From Herpetosiphon gulosus (GTDB lineage: Bacteria; Chloroflexota; Chloroflexia; Chloroflexales; Herpetosiphonaceae): a DNA stretch of 64,000 bases. Numbering within the stretch: position 1 is the first letter of the stretch; each line of letters opens with the position of its first letter. The notes under the pieces were generated by a model. That model saw only the letters and a list, made by a program, of their open reading frames with translations, was not told where the DNA came from and did not search any database. The position numbers were made by a program, and so were the translations under genes. The stretch spans positions 258,427 through 322,426 of the forward strand of contig NZ_BAABRU010000004.1 of NCBI RefSeq assembly GCF_039545135.1, given 5' to 3'. Positions 20,029 to 28,317 of this stretch are shown in pieces.

Positions 20029-20247
20029 TCAGTCAATCGCGATAGCCATGCTATCAGTTTCGCGATCAGCGAATGGCGGCAGGGTTTCACCGAGCGTTTC
20101 TTGTATCCATTCTGCCAGATCGCTCAAGGCCGTCCCATAGGCTGTCTGGCAGCGATAGCCTGTGGCTTGAAGTGGGATATAGGTCTGGAGCAGGGCCATG
20201 GTATCATTTAAAATACGTTGACTGGTCAAGGCTGGCAACGTGTTCAT
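20029..20247 (-). CDS. hypothetical small protein
   Basis: Probable start MNTLPALTSQ...; divergent from the 20379 gene. No motif. Confidence 0.25.
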   Translation of the reverse strand: MNTLPALTSQRILNDTMALLQTYIPLQATGYRCQTAYGTALSDLAEWIQETLGETLPPFADRETDSMAIAID

Positions 20248-20378
20248 GAGGGGAGTCTCCTTGGGCAGTAAAGCTTGGTTGGTAGTCCGTCCAAGCATAC
20301 CGAACAATGGCTCCCCTCCCGAAGCTGCGGGTGTCATATCCCCAGAACTGGGTGGCGGTGCCGCCCTGGAGGCTGTTT

Positions 20379-20612
20379 ATGTCCACATCGTACCGCCAGG
20401 AATTTGCCGCCTTTCTTATCCACCTTGCTGATAATCAGACCACACCCGAGGACTGGCACAAATGGATCGTGAACCACTATAATGATGTTGTCCTTGAAGC
20501 GGTTCGGCGGCAGGTTGTTCGCTTAGCAATCAGCGAGAAGTTGGTCGGCGAATCTGGTCGCCAACAGCTTCTGGAATGGAGCAGAATACTGCTGGATGAC
20601 GCTCAGAGTTAG
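20379..20612 (+). CDS. hypothetical small protein
   Basis: Probable start MSTSYRQEFAAF... inside ORF 20307..20612. Confidence 0.25.
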   Translation: MSTSYRQEFAAFLIHLADNQTTPEDWHKWIVNHYNDVVLEAVRRQVVRLAISEKLVGESGRQQLLEWSRILLDDAQS

Positions 20613-20779
20613 GGAGTGACATCTGCTATTCCCAGAATAGTGACTTACTGATCAAGATACCCAGCATCCCATTCAGGACATGGACCAGGAAGCGCGTGTA
20701 TGTCAGCAATGTGTGTGGCCAAGCGGGCGGTCACATAGCGACGAATCGCCGCAGCGGTTAATTCCATGAATACCCTCCA

Positions 20780-21139
20780 CTACGGTTTCTCAGTATGATC
20801 GCACCAGTTGCCATCCGCATCGGTATGGTTGCAGCTCCAAAATTTGTAGGGCTTGCCGCCGCGCCGCGTGCCTTGGCGTAACTGCAAGGGCGTTCCATGG
20901 GTTGGGCAGAGGCGTTGAGCGGGAGCGCTGGGTGGTGCAGCGGCGGCGGTTGGTTGGGCTGGTTGAGCTGGGGGCGTCGTGGGTGGTTGTGCACCGATCG
21001 CTTTCAGGCGATCAATCACGACTTTGAGTTGATCGGCGGTCGCACCTGCCACCGAGGTGGTGCAGGGAAAGCCATCAAGGGTGAAGTGAATCTGGTGCTC
21101 GACTTTGATGCTTGCGAGTGGTGATGCAGTATCAGCCAT
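20780..21139 (-). CDS. zinc-ribbon protein, 119 aa
   Basis: Start MADTASPLASIK with a GAGGAT Shine-Dalgarno. C-terminal CPTHG...WSCNHTDADGNWC four-Cys/His ribbon and a Pro/Ala/Gln linker. Confidence 0.4.
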   Translation of the reverse strand: MADTASPLASIKVEHQIHFTLDGFPCTTSVAGATADQLKVVIDRLKAIGAQPPTTPPAQPAQPTAAAAPPSAPAQRLCPTHGTPLQLRQGTRRGGKPYKFWSCNHTDADGNWCDHTEKP

Positions 21140-21162
21140 AACAATGATCCTCGCTATATCTA

Positions 21163-21480
21163 TTAATAGGATGAAGCAGCCCAACGGGTCAAGGATTCCA
21201 GCACCGCTGGAATATCGGCACGATGCACCACCACGCGCGAGCTGTTGCGCACCAGCACGATCCCCCACACCGTTGGCAGGATGCGGAGCATGGCAAGGGG
21301 TTGCGGTTCGCTCCATGCCGCTTCGGTCGCAGCAATGGCATCAAGTTCGCATTCGGCCAGCGTGTAGGCGGTGTTGTCATCGAGGCCTTCTTCTTCCTGA
21401 ATAATGGTCGCCAGTTGGACGATTGCGCTAGCACGAGCCAAACGCTGGCAGCGGTCGTGATTGACATGGGTTGGTGACAT
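21163..21480 (-). CDS. hypothetical protein
   Basis: 105-aa ORF in the prophage early region. No motif. Confidence 0.3.
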   Translation of the reverse strand: MSPTHVNHDRCQRLARASAIVQLATIIQEEEGLDDNTAYTLAECELDAIAATEAAWSEPQPLAMLRILPTVWGIVLVRNSSRVVVHRADIPAVLESLTRWAASSY

Positions 21481-21572
21481 CAGGTATCATCCTTTCGTGA
21501 CCGAGGCAAGGCTTCGAATCTGTACCTCGGTCATGTGTTTGCCCTTTGCTGCTTTGACAAGCAGTGAAGGGT

Positions 21573-22070
21573 TTAATAGTTAATCCGGCGGCTAGTCATT
21601 GGGTGCTGCTGAGCAGCAGGCGTGGGTAGCAACGCAGGACAGGAGAGGGAGCGGAATTGGCTGCGGACGGCCTGTTCATGAGCTTCAATCCGCTCGGCAT
21701 CAGTATACCGACCTGCGCGAATCGCCCGTTGCCAGTTGCGGCTCAAAATGACCATGGTGCGAGCTAGTGCATCAATAGGGGTGTTAGCATAGGTTGTGGC
21801 AGTAACCGCAGGCATGGGAATCAAATCGACAACTTCGAACAAAGGAACCTCAGCGCTCGCTTCGGCAACTGGTTCAACCACGCCAATGGCCATTGCTTCT
21901 TCAGCGTCCTCAACCGCTCGGTTATCTAACTCAATCAATTCCAACACTAAACGATTACAGGCCATTCGCGCATCCAGATCGGTAGGGAATGAGCCAATAT
22001 ACTCGCCATTCACGGACGCATCGAAATCCCGATTCTTGAAGTTGTAGGTGACCGCTTTTGTGTGTGCCAT
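21573..22070 (-). CDS. hypothetical protein, divergent from the HTH1 promoter
   Basis: Starts MAHTKAVTYNFKNRDF...; 165 aa. Shares the 22071..22209 intergenic control region with the + strand XRE gene. Confidence 0.4.
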   Translation of the reverse strand: MAHTKAVTYNFKNRDFDASVNGEYIGSFPTDLDARMACNRLVLELIELDNRAVEDAEEAMAIGVVEPVAEASAEVPLFEVVDLIPMPAVTATTYANTPIDALARTMVILSRNWQRAIRAGRYTDAERIEAHEQAVRSQFRSLSCPALLPTPAAQQHPMTSRRINY

Positions 22071-22112
22071 GGTTCTAACTCCTTGATTATTTATCATCAA
22101 TTATACAACTAG

Positions 22113-22164
22113 TTGACTAAAGATGTCAATCACTAATTGACTAGTTGTCTTGACTACATATAAT
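22113..22164 (+). promoter_or_regulatory. sigma70-like promoter (TTGACT-16-TATAAT) with three direct TTGACTA(A/G/C) operator-like repeats
   Basis: TTGACTAA at 22113, TTGACTAG at 22137 and TTGACTAC at 22150. -35 TTGACT at 22137..22142 and -10 TATAAT at 22159..22164, about 45 nt upstream of the ATG at 22210. Confidence 0.5.
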
Positions 22165-22209
22165 GTACTATGTTGAATGTAGTAAAAAATTAGTAGGTTG
22201 GAATACTTT

Positions 22210-22431
22210 ATGATTTACCTAAGAATTGGCGAGCTGGTGGATGAGCGAGGATGGAATATTCAACGATTCGCGGCAGAAGCTAATCTTGCTTATGGCACAG
22301 CATATGGTTTATACAAGGGTAGGGTAAATAGGATCGACTTAACCACACTTGACAGCATTTGCGAAGCGTTGGGTATCGAGCCAGGTGAAGTATTTGTACG
22401 CGAGCCAAGAACGAAGGAGCCTGCAGAGTAG
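22210..22431 (+). CDS. XRE-family helix-turn-helix transcriptional regulator (HTH1), 73 aa
   Basis: MIYLRIGELVDERGWNIQRFAAEANLAYGTAYGLYKG... Cro/C1-type HTH. A paralog of the gene at 24347. Confidence 0.6.
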   Translation: MIYLRIGELVDERGWNIQRFAAEANLAYGTAYGLYKGRVNRIDLTTLDSICEALGIEPGEVFVREPRTKEPAE

Positions 22432-22532
22432 CAGAAGATTGAGAGATGATAACTAGAATCAAAGGATTATCAATCTAAGATCTTGCGAACCAAGTAATCG
22501 AAAGTTTCAATAATTAGACCTTGGAGGAGTAT

Positions 22533-24266
22533 ATGCTTATTGACGGAATTGCGCTATCTAACTATAGGAGTTTTGGAGAAGAACTACAGTTTATCGGTCC
22601 ATTTCAAAAAATGAACATTATTGTAGGACAAAACAATGTAGGGAAGTCTAATATAATTTTATTTATTAAAGATCATTATAGAGCATTTGCAAATGCAATA
22701 AAAAATGATATGTCAAAAGAAATAAAGTTTACTGATATAGATTCAAATAATAGATCAGGTAATAAAAATATGCGTTTCGGATTCGGATTGAATTTATCTA
22801 AAGATAAATTCAATCATTACACTAATAGACTTTCTTTAGGCGAAAATGAAAAAAATACAATATCTATATTAGAAAATATAATAAAATCCGATCTTTTCAC
22901 TTACAATGATGAAATTTCATGGGTTATATTTGAATATGAAAATAATCATTTTAAGATTATCAATAAAGATTTCAGCTACTATCAAAAAATTAATCCTTCT
23001 CTTTGGAATCATCTGTGGAATAGATTTACAAAATTCAATGGTAGCACTTATGATATATGGATAAAAGAAACAATATCGATATTAAATAAATCAATTATTA
23101 ATAATATACCCAAAATTGTATTTATTCCCGCTATTAGACAAATAAATAAAGATATACAAAGCAGTTATGAATATGGTGGTATTGGGATAATAAAACGTTT
23201 ATCTGAATTACAAAACCCTTTATTAAATGAACAAGGTAATATAGATATTTTCCGAAACATTAATGAATTTTTACGTGAAATTACTAATAATAAAAATGCA
23301 TCCATCGAAATACCACATGACCGTAGTGATATTTATGTTCGTATTGATAATATACCTTTGCCAATAAATTCACTAGGTACCGGAATTCATGAAGTTATTA
23401 TTCTCGCAATTGCGGCAACTACGTTAGAAAATACTGTTATATGTATAGAAGAACCAGAGATACATTTACATCCTGTATTGCAACGTAAACTAATACACTA
23501 TCTGTATACAAAAACTAATAATCAGTATTTTATTACTACACATTCAGCACACGTTGTTGATGCTGAAAAAGCTGCGATTTTTCATGTAAGATTAGTTGAT
23601 GGATATTCTAAAGTTGAATCAGTCAAGGATGCTCCTGAATTAGCATCTGTTTGTTATGATCTTGGTTATCGACCTTCAGATATTTTGCAATCTAACTGTA
23701 TCATCTGGGTCGAAGGGCCATCTGATAGGATATATCTTAATTATTGGATTAATTTTCTAGACTCCTCTCTAATAGAAGGATTACATTACTCAATCATGTT
23801 TTATGGAGGAAAGCTATTAAGTCACCTATCAGGAAATGATCCTGACATAGAAGAGTTTATATCATTACGTCGTATGAATCGTTTCATATCAATCATAATA
23901 GATAGTGATAAAAATAATCGACAGAAACCTATTAGTTCAACAAAAAAGCGAATTCAAATAGAATTTGATAAAGGGCCTGGATTTGCGTGGATAACTCAGG
24001 GCCGTGAAATTGAAAATTATATTGCAGATGATATCTATCAAGCGATTTTAAAAGCCAATTATCCAAAATTTAATTCTACATCTTCTATGGGGCAATATGA
24101 TAATCGATTGAAATTCACATCCATTGACGGTAAACCTTCAACAACAATCAAAAAAGTTGAATTTGCTCAAAAAATTATACCTTATCCAGTGAATCTTGAT
24201 GTACTAGACTTAAAGAAACAGATGAAAAGATTATTGGCATTCATTAAGGAGGCAAATGATTTATAG
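22533..24266 (+). CDS. OLD-family nuclease (fused ABC ATPase plus TOPRIM), about 577 aa
   Basis: Walker A (IVGQNNVGKSNII), Walker B (ICIEEPEIHLHP), H-loop (ITTHSAHV). TOPRIM motifs WVEGPSD and IIIDSDKNN. About 30 percent GC. Start taken at the ATG preceded by GGAGGA (the ORF track begins at an upstream TTG). Confidence 0.75.
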   Translation: MLIDGIALSNYRSFGEELQFIGPFQKMNIIVGQNNVGKSNIILFIKDHYRAFANAIKNDMSKEIKFTDIDSNNRSGNKNMRFGFGLNLSKDKFNHYTNRLSLGENEKNTISILENIIKSDLFTYNDEISWVIFEYENNHFKIINKDFSYYQKINPSLWNHLWNRFTKFNGSTYDIWIKETISILNKSIINNIPKIVFIPAIRQINKDIQSSYEYGGIGIIKRLSELQNPLLNEQGNIDIFRNINEFLREITNNKNASIEIPHDRSDIYVRIDNIPLPINSLGTGIHEVIILAIAATTLENTVICIEEPEIHLHPVLQRKLIHYLYTKTNNQYFITTHSAHVVDAEKAAIFHVRLVDGYSKVESVKDAPELASVCYDLGYRPSDILQSNCIIWVEGPSDRIYLNYWINFLDSSLIEGLHYSIMFYGGKLLSHLSGNDPDIEEFISLRRMNRFISIIIDSDKNNRQKPISSTKKRIQIEFDKGPGFAWITQGREIENYIADDIYQAILKANYPKFNSTSSMGQYDNRLKFTSIDGKPSTTIKKVEFAQKIIPYPVNLDVLDLKKQMKRLLAFIKEANDL

Positions 24267-24288
24267 ATTTCGATCTTCTATTTTCTTC

Positions 24289-24338
24289 TTGACAAAGAGA
24301 ATCCTATAGGGTAGTATCCTTGCTACCAAACCTATAGG
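24289..24338 (+). promoter_or_regulatory. promoter (TTGACA-17-TAGTAT) with two CCTATAGG palindromic operators
   Basis: -35 at 24289..24294 and -10 at 24312..24317. Palindrome CCTATAGG at 24303..24310 and at 24331..24338, with a third copy near 24681. The ATG is at 24347. Confidence 0.5.
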
Positions 24339-24346
24339 GGGTTAGC

Positions 24347-24589
24347 ATGGTTATTCGGTTCAAAATCCAAGAAATTGCAGAGCAAAAAGGTATTGTTACT
24401 GCGGCTGAGTTAGCTCGAGAAGCTAAGATTGGCCAAGCAACAGCCTACTCGCTCTGGAATAACAACAGATCCGATGCTAATTATTCAACACTGCTTGTAA
24501 TTGGCAAAGTTCTTGGTGTAAAACCTGATGACTTGGTAGAAGTAAATGAAGACGAAAAAATAGAACTAGCTCATCTTACAGCAGCCTAA
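24347..24589 (+). CDS. XRE-family helix-turn-helix transcriptional regulator (HTH2), 80 aa
   Basis: MVIRFKIQEIAEQKGIVTAAELAREAKIGQATAYSLWNN...; same architecture as HTH1. Confidence 0.6.
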   Translation: MVIRFKIQEIAEQKGIVTAAELAREAKIGQATAYSLWNNNRSDANYSTLLVIGKVLGVKPDDLVEVNEDEKIELAHLTAA

Positions 24590-24613
24590 AAACCTGCAAG
24601 ATGAGCTAGTTCT
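24563..24613 (+). terminator. hairpin (15-bp perfect stem GAACTAGCTCATCTT/AAGATGAGCTAGTTC) spanning the HTH2 stop codon
   Basis: Inverted repeat read directly from the sequence, followed by TATTTGTGG. Candidate intrinsic terminator or regulatory hairpin. Confidence 0.4.
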
Positions 24614-24920
24614 ATTTGTGGTAAAAACTGAAGGTGTTTTGCCGACGCTCACCAGTCTTACCACGATAAGCTCGTTACCCCTATAGGAGCAACGCACCTT
24701 ACCAATTGAATAAATAAAGGGGACAAGATTCTTGGCAAGCTGAGACAGTTTTATGAATGGTAGTTATTGATGCGACCGCTGCCAGTTGTCCAGATCAGGA
24801 ATACGGTGGTTACCCCTGATTGTATTGATACCAAGCGACTGTGTTTGACGCAGTGCTTTTATTTTTTGTGCTTAATCGACAAACGCCCACATGATTACTC
24901 AGATGGACGCTTGTCGGTTG

Positions 24921-24996
24921 TGGCTCCCTGACTAGGACTCGAACCTAGGACATGCTGATTAACAGTCAACCGCTCTACCAACTGAGCTATCAGGGA
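24921..24996 (-). tRNA. tRNA-Asn (GTT)
   Basis: Reverse complement TCCCTGATAGCTCAGTTGGTAGAGCGGTTGACTGTTAATCAGC...GGTTCGAGTCC...GGGAGCCA folds as a cloverleaf. Anticodon loop CTGTTAA; encoded CCA. Coordinates are within about 1 nt. Confidence 0.85.
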
Positions 24997-25016
24997 TTAT
25001 CAATTGTAAAAAAAAG

Positions 25017-25092
25017 TGGCTCCCTGACTAGGACTCGAACCTAGGACCCATTGATTAACAGTCAATTGCTCTACCAACTGAGCTATCAGGGA
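25017..25092 (-). tRNA. tRNA-Asn (GTT), second tandem copy
   Basis: Near-identical to the first copy, with differences in the anticodon stem and variable region (CAATTGACTGTTAATCAATGGG); encoded CCA. Confidence 0.85.
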
Positions 25093-25234
25093 TTATATGG
25101 TTGTTTGTTGGCGATTTTGCCGTTCAACAGTGCTGAAGTATACTCCGCTTTGGCCGTTTTGTCAAACGCTGCTTGACGAATTCAAAAATCGATTATAATG
25201 ATACATGGTATCAATAAATAAGGATTAAACTCAA

Positions 25235-26443
25235 ATGTTGAAGTTGCCGCTTCCTGTAACTGTGCTTTCTGGTTTTCTCGGTGCGGGAAAAACCACCTTA
25301 TTAAATCATATTTTAGCTAATCGTGAAGGTTTGCGTGTCGCCGTCATCGTCAATGATATGAGCGAAGTTAATATCGATGCGCAGTTGGTCGGCCAAGGTG
25401 AGCTTGCGCTCAATCGGGTTGAAGAACAATTGATCGAGCTGAGCAATGGTTGTATTTGCTGTACCTTGCGTGAAGATTTGTTGCTTGAGGTCGGTAAGCT
25501 GGCCCGCGCTGGCCGTTTCGATTATCTGCTGATCGAATCGACTGGCATTTCAGAGCCATTACCCGTCGCCGAAACTTTTACCTTCGAAGATGAATCGGGC
25601 CTCAGTTTGGGCGAAATTGCCCAGCTTGATACGATGGTGACAGTGGTTGATGCACTTAATTTCTTGCACGATTTCAATGCTGCCCACGATTTGCGCGACC
25701 GTAATTTGGCGATTGACGAAGCTGACGAGCGCACACTGGTTGATTTATTGATTGATCAGATTGAGTTTTGCAATGTGTTGATTATTAATAAAACTGATTT
25801 GATTAGTGCTGAACAATTAACCCATTTGCATGAATTGCTGAATAAACTCAATCCACAGGCCAAGATTCTCCATGCGCAACATGGTCAAGTGCCACTCAAC
25901 GAAATTCTGAATACTGGCTTATTTGATTTTGATCAAGCGAGTGCTGCACCTGGTTGGCTGGCTGAATTACGTGGTGAACACACGCCGGAAACTGAGGAAT
26001 ATGGCATTCGCAGTTGGGTCTATCGCGCTCGGCGGCCATTTGCAGCCCAGCGTTTTTGGGAGTTTGTGAATAACGATTGGCCTGGAGTGATTCGTGCCAA
26101 AGGCTTCTTTTGGGTGATTTCGCAGCCGACTACCGCTGGATTACTCTCGCAAGCAGGCCAAAATTGCCGCGTTGAGCCAGCCGGCGAGTGGTGGGCCGAT
26201 AGCGATCAGAGCGAGTGGCCTGAAACTACCGAGGAACGCGCCGAAATCGAAGCTTTGTGGGATGAACAGGTTGGAGATCGTCGCCAAGAATTAGTCTTTA
26301 TCGGCCAAGATTTTGATCAACAATGGTTGCAACAAGCTTTGGATGCATGTTTGGTCAGCGATCACGAATGGCAGCAACCAGTCGCAACGTGGCAAAGCGC
26401 TGATCCTTTTGCTGGTTGGAATGAGCAAGAAGCTGTAGCGTAA
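25235..26443 (+). CDS. CobW/COG0523 family GTPase (putative zinc metallochaperone)
   Basis: [10 protein letters not shown]-loop, the GCICCTL (CxCC) metal motif, and a CobW C-terminal domain. Confidence 0.75.
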   Translation: MLKLPLPVTVLSGFLGAGKTTLLNHILANREGLRVAVIVNDMSEVNIDAQLVGQGELALNRVEEQLIELSNGCICCTLREDLLLEVGKLARAGRFDYLLIESTGISEPLPVAETFTFEDESGLSLGEIAQLDTMVTVVDALNFLHDFNAAHDLRDRNLAIDEADERTLVDLLIDQIEFCNVLIINKTDLISAEQLTHLHELLNKLNPQAKILHAQHGQVPLNEILNTGLFDFDQASAAPGWLAELRGEHTPETEEYGIRSWVYRARRPFAAQRFWEFVNNDWPGVIRAKGFFWVISQPTTAGLLSQAGQNCRVEPAGEWWADSDQSEWPETTEERAEIEALWDEQVGDRRQELVFIGQDFDQQWLQQALDACLVSDHEWQQPVATWQSADPFAGWNEQEAVA

Positions 26444-26490
26444 GTTTTGATCCACGAAGGACACGAAGAACCACGAAGAATCACAAAGCT

Positions 26491-26572
26491 GAGGCTATAG
26501 ACTATAGGCTCTGGGCTATTGGGAGTTATTGATATACCACAAAACCTTCCGATAGCCCAAAGCCTATAGCTC
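26491..26572. repeat. palindromic (hairpin-forming) intergenic element GAGGCTATAGACTATAGGCTCTGGGCTATTGG ... CCGATAGCCCAAAGCCTATAGCTC
   Basis: The two arms are imperfect reverse complements of each other. A related element is at about 34525..34575. Confidence 0.5.
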
Positions 26573-26764
26573 TGATCTCTAAACCCTCATTTCATCTCTC
26601 ATAATTCATCCTTATCCCCACCTGTTTGGCTTATCAAGAGATTGTGATAAAATAAACGCGCCCGCGACGGCACCGATTCGAATGACATTGCACCGCCGCT
26701 TGATGCATAGTGGCGGTTTTGGCGTGAACGCCATAGGAGTCACGCACCGAGAAAGGAATCGCCA

Positions 26765-27271
26765 ATGCTGAAAGGAACGATGGCCTATTTTAAGGGTCTC
26801 AAAACCACGGCGAAATATCTCTTCAAAAAGCCTGTGACGGTTGAATATCCCGAGGTCAAACGGCCTGTCCGCGAGCGCTTCCGTGGTCGGCATGAACTGA
26901 AGCGTTTTGCCAATGGTCTAGAGCGGTGTATCGGTTGTTCGCTATGTGCTGCTGCTTGTCCAGCTGACGCAATTTATGTCGTGCCTGGCCAGAATGATCC
27001 GGCGAACCCACGCTCAGCAGGCGAACGCCATGCGGCTGTTTATGAAATCAACATGTTGCGTTGTATTTTCTGTGGCTACTGCGAAGATGCATGCCCTACC
27101 AATGCAATTGTGCTTGAACACCAATATGAATTGGCCTTCTACGACCGCCGTGCCTCGATCTATACCCAAGATATGTTGCTGGTGCCGGTCGATAAAGGCC
27201 ACGGCGAAGTGCCACCAGTCTTGCAACAAACTGGCAAACAACTTAACCCACCGGCCCAAATAGACCTGTAA
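26765..27271 (+). CDS. nuoI: NADH-quinone oxidoreductase subunit I
   Basis: Two 4Fe-4S ferredoxin motifs: CIGCSLCAAACP and CIFCGYCEDACP. Confidence 0.85.
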   Translation: MLKGTMAYFKGLKTTAKYLFKKPVTVEYPEVKRPVRERFRGRHELKRFANGLERCIGCSLCAAACPADAIYVVPGQNDPANPRSAGERHAAVYEINMLRCIFCGYCEDACPTNAIVLEHQYELAFYDRRASIYTQDMLLVPVDKGHGEVPPVLQQTGKQLNPPAQIDL

Positions 27272-27451
27272 AAGGTATGAAGTATGAAGGATGAAGTATG
27301 AAGGATGGGTTAATTCAGGCTGAATTTCATTGCTCAGCACCCAAATCTTCTGCTTTATCGCTAGGGGTAGCCAACGGTACAAAGTGTGAAGGGCGTGCCA
27401 AGGGGGTTTGAATTTCATCCCTCATCCTTCATCCTTTATCTGGGAGTGTCC

Positions 27452-27976
27452 ATGGAAACATTTTTGTTTATCACCACGGCCATTGTGGCGGTGGGGGCAG
27501 CCTTGGCAATGGTGCTGAGCAGCAATGCAGTGCATAGTGCGCTGTTTTTGATTTTGAATTTCTGCTCGGTCGCCATTTTATATTTTTTGCTGCGTGCGCC
27601 GTTTCTCGGTGCTGTTCAAGTGACGGTTTATGCTGGCGCGATTATGGTGCTGTTCCTGTTCGTGATCATGCTGTTGGGCGCTGAGAATGCCGAACTTGGC
27701 GAGGAGAAAATCGGCTGGCAAAAGCCGGCTGGCCTTGTCTTGGGCGTAGCATTGTTGGCCGAGATTGGCTATGTGGCTTATCGTGGCACGAAATTGATCG
27801 ATGCTCCGGTAGCCGATGCAACCAACATTGGTGCACCTACCACGATCAGCGCTAAGCTTTTCAGCACCTATCTCTTGCCCTTCGAAGTGATTTCAATTCT
27901 GCTCTTGATTGCAGTAGTCGGGACAGTTGTGCTGACCCGTCGGCGGGTGGTTGCCCGTGAGGAGCGCCAATCGTGA
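27452..27976 (+). CDS. nuoJ: NADH-quinone oxidoreductase subunit J
   Basis: Hydrophobic 174-aa protein [14 protein letters not shown]... in the position between nuoI and nuoK. Confidence 0.8.
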   Translation: METFLFITTAIVAVGAALAMVLSSNAVHSALFLILNFCSVAILYFLLRAPFLGAVQVTVYAGAIMVLFLFVIMLLGAENAELGEEKIGWQKPAGLVLGVALLAEIGYVAYRGTKLIDAPVADATNIGAPTTISAKLFSTYLLPFEVISILLLIAVVGTVVLTRRRVVAREERQS

Positions 27977-28275
27977 TTTCAACCAATGCTTATGTGTTGC
28001 TTAGTGCAATTCTTTTTACGATTGGGGTCGTTGGGGTCTTGGTGCGCCGCAATGTCATCGTGATGTTTATGTCGGTCGAGTTGATGCTTAATTCGGCCAA
28101 TTTGGCATTAATTGCATTTAGCCGTGCACGTGCTGAAAGCGATGGCCAAATTATTACATTCTTCGTGATTGCAGTCGCTGCGGCAGAAGTCGCAGTCGGT
28201 TTAGCGCTGTTGGTGTCGATTTTCCGTGCCAAAAAGACCACCAACGTTGATGACGTGAATACGCTCAAGGGCTAG
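27973..28275 (+). CDS. nuoK: NADH-quinone oxidoreductase subunit K
   Basis: 100-aa three-helix membrane protein; ATGA overlap with nuoJ. Confidence 0.85.
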   Translation: MISTNAYVLLSAILFTIGVVGVLVRRNVIVMFMSVELMLNSANLALIAFSRARAESDGQIITFFVIAVAAAEVAVGLALLVSIFRAKKTTNVDDVNTLKG

Positions 28276-28317
28276 GCAACGGCCTTGCACCTTGCCGAAG
28301 TGTCTACTGGAGAACTT

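Noticed and set aside
24590-24920. Searched the 330-bp gene-free stretch and the rest of the window for a direct repeat of the tRNA-Asn 3' end (attR/attL partner)
   Set aside because: None was seen by eye. The partner att site probably lies beyond position 1 because the tail genes run off the window, so it cannot be confirmed here.
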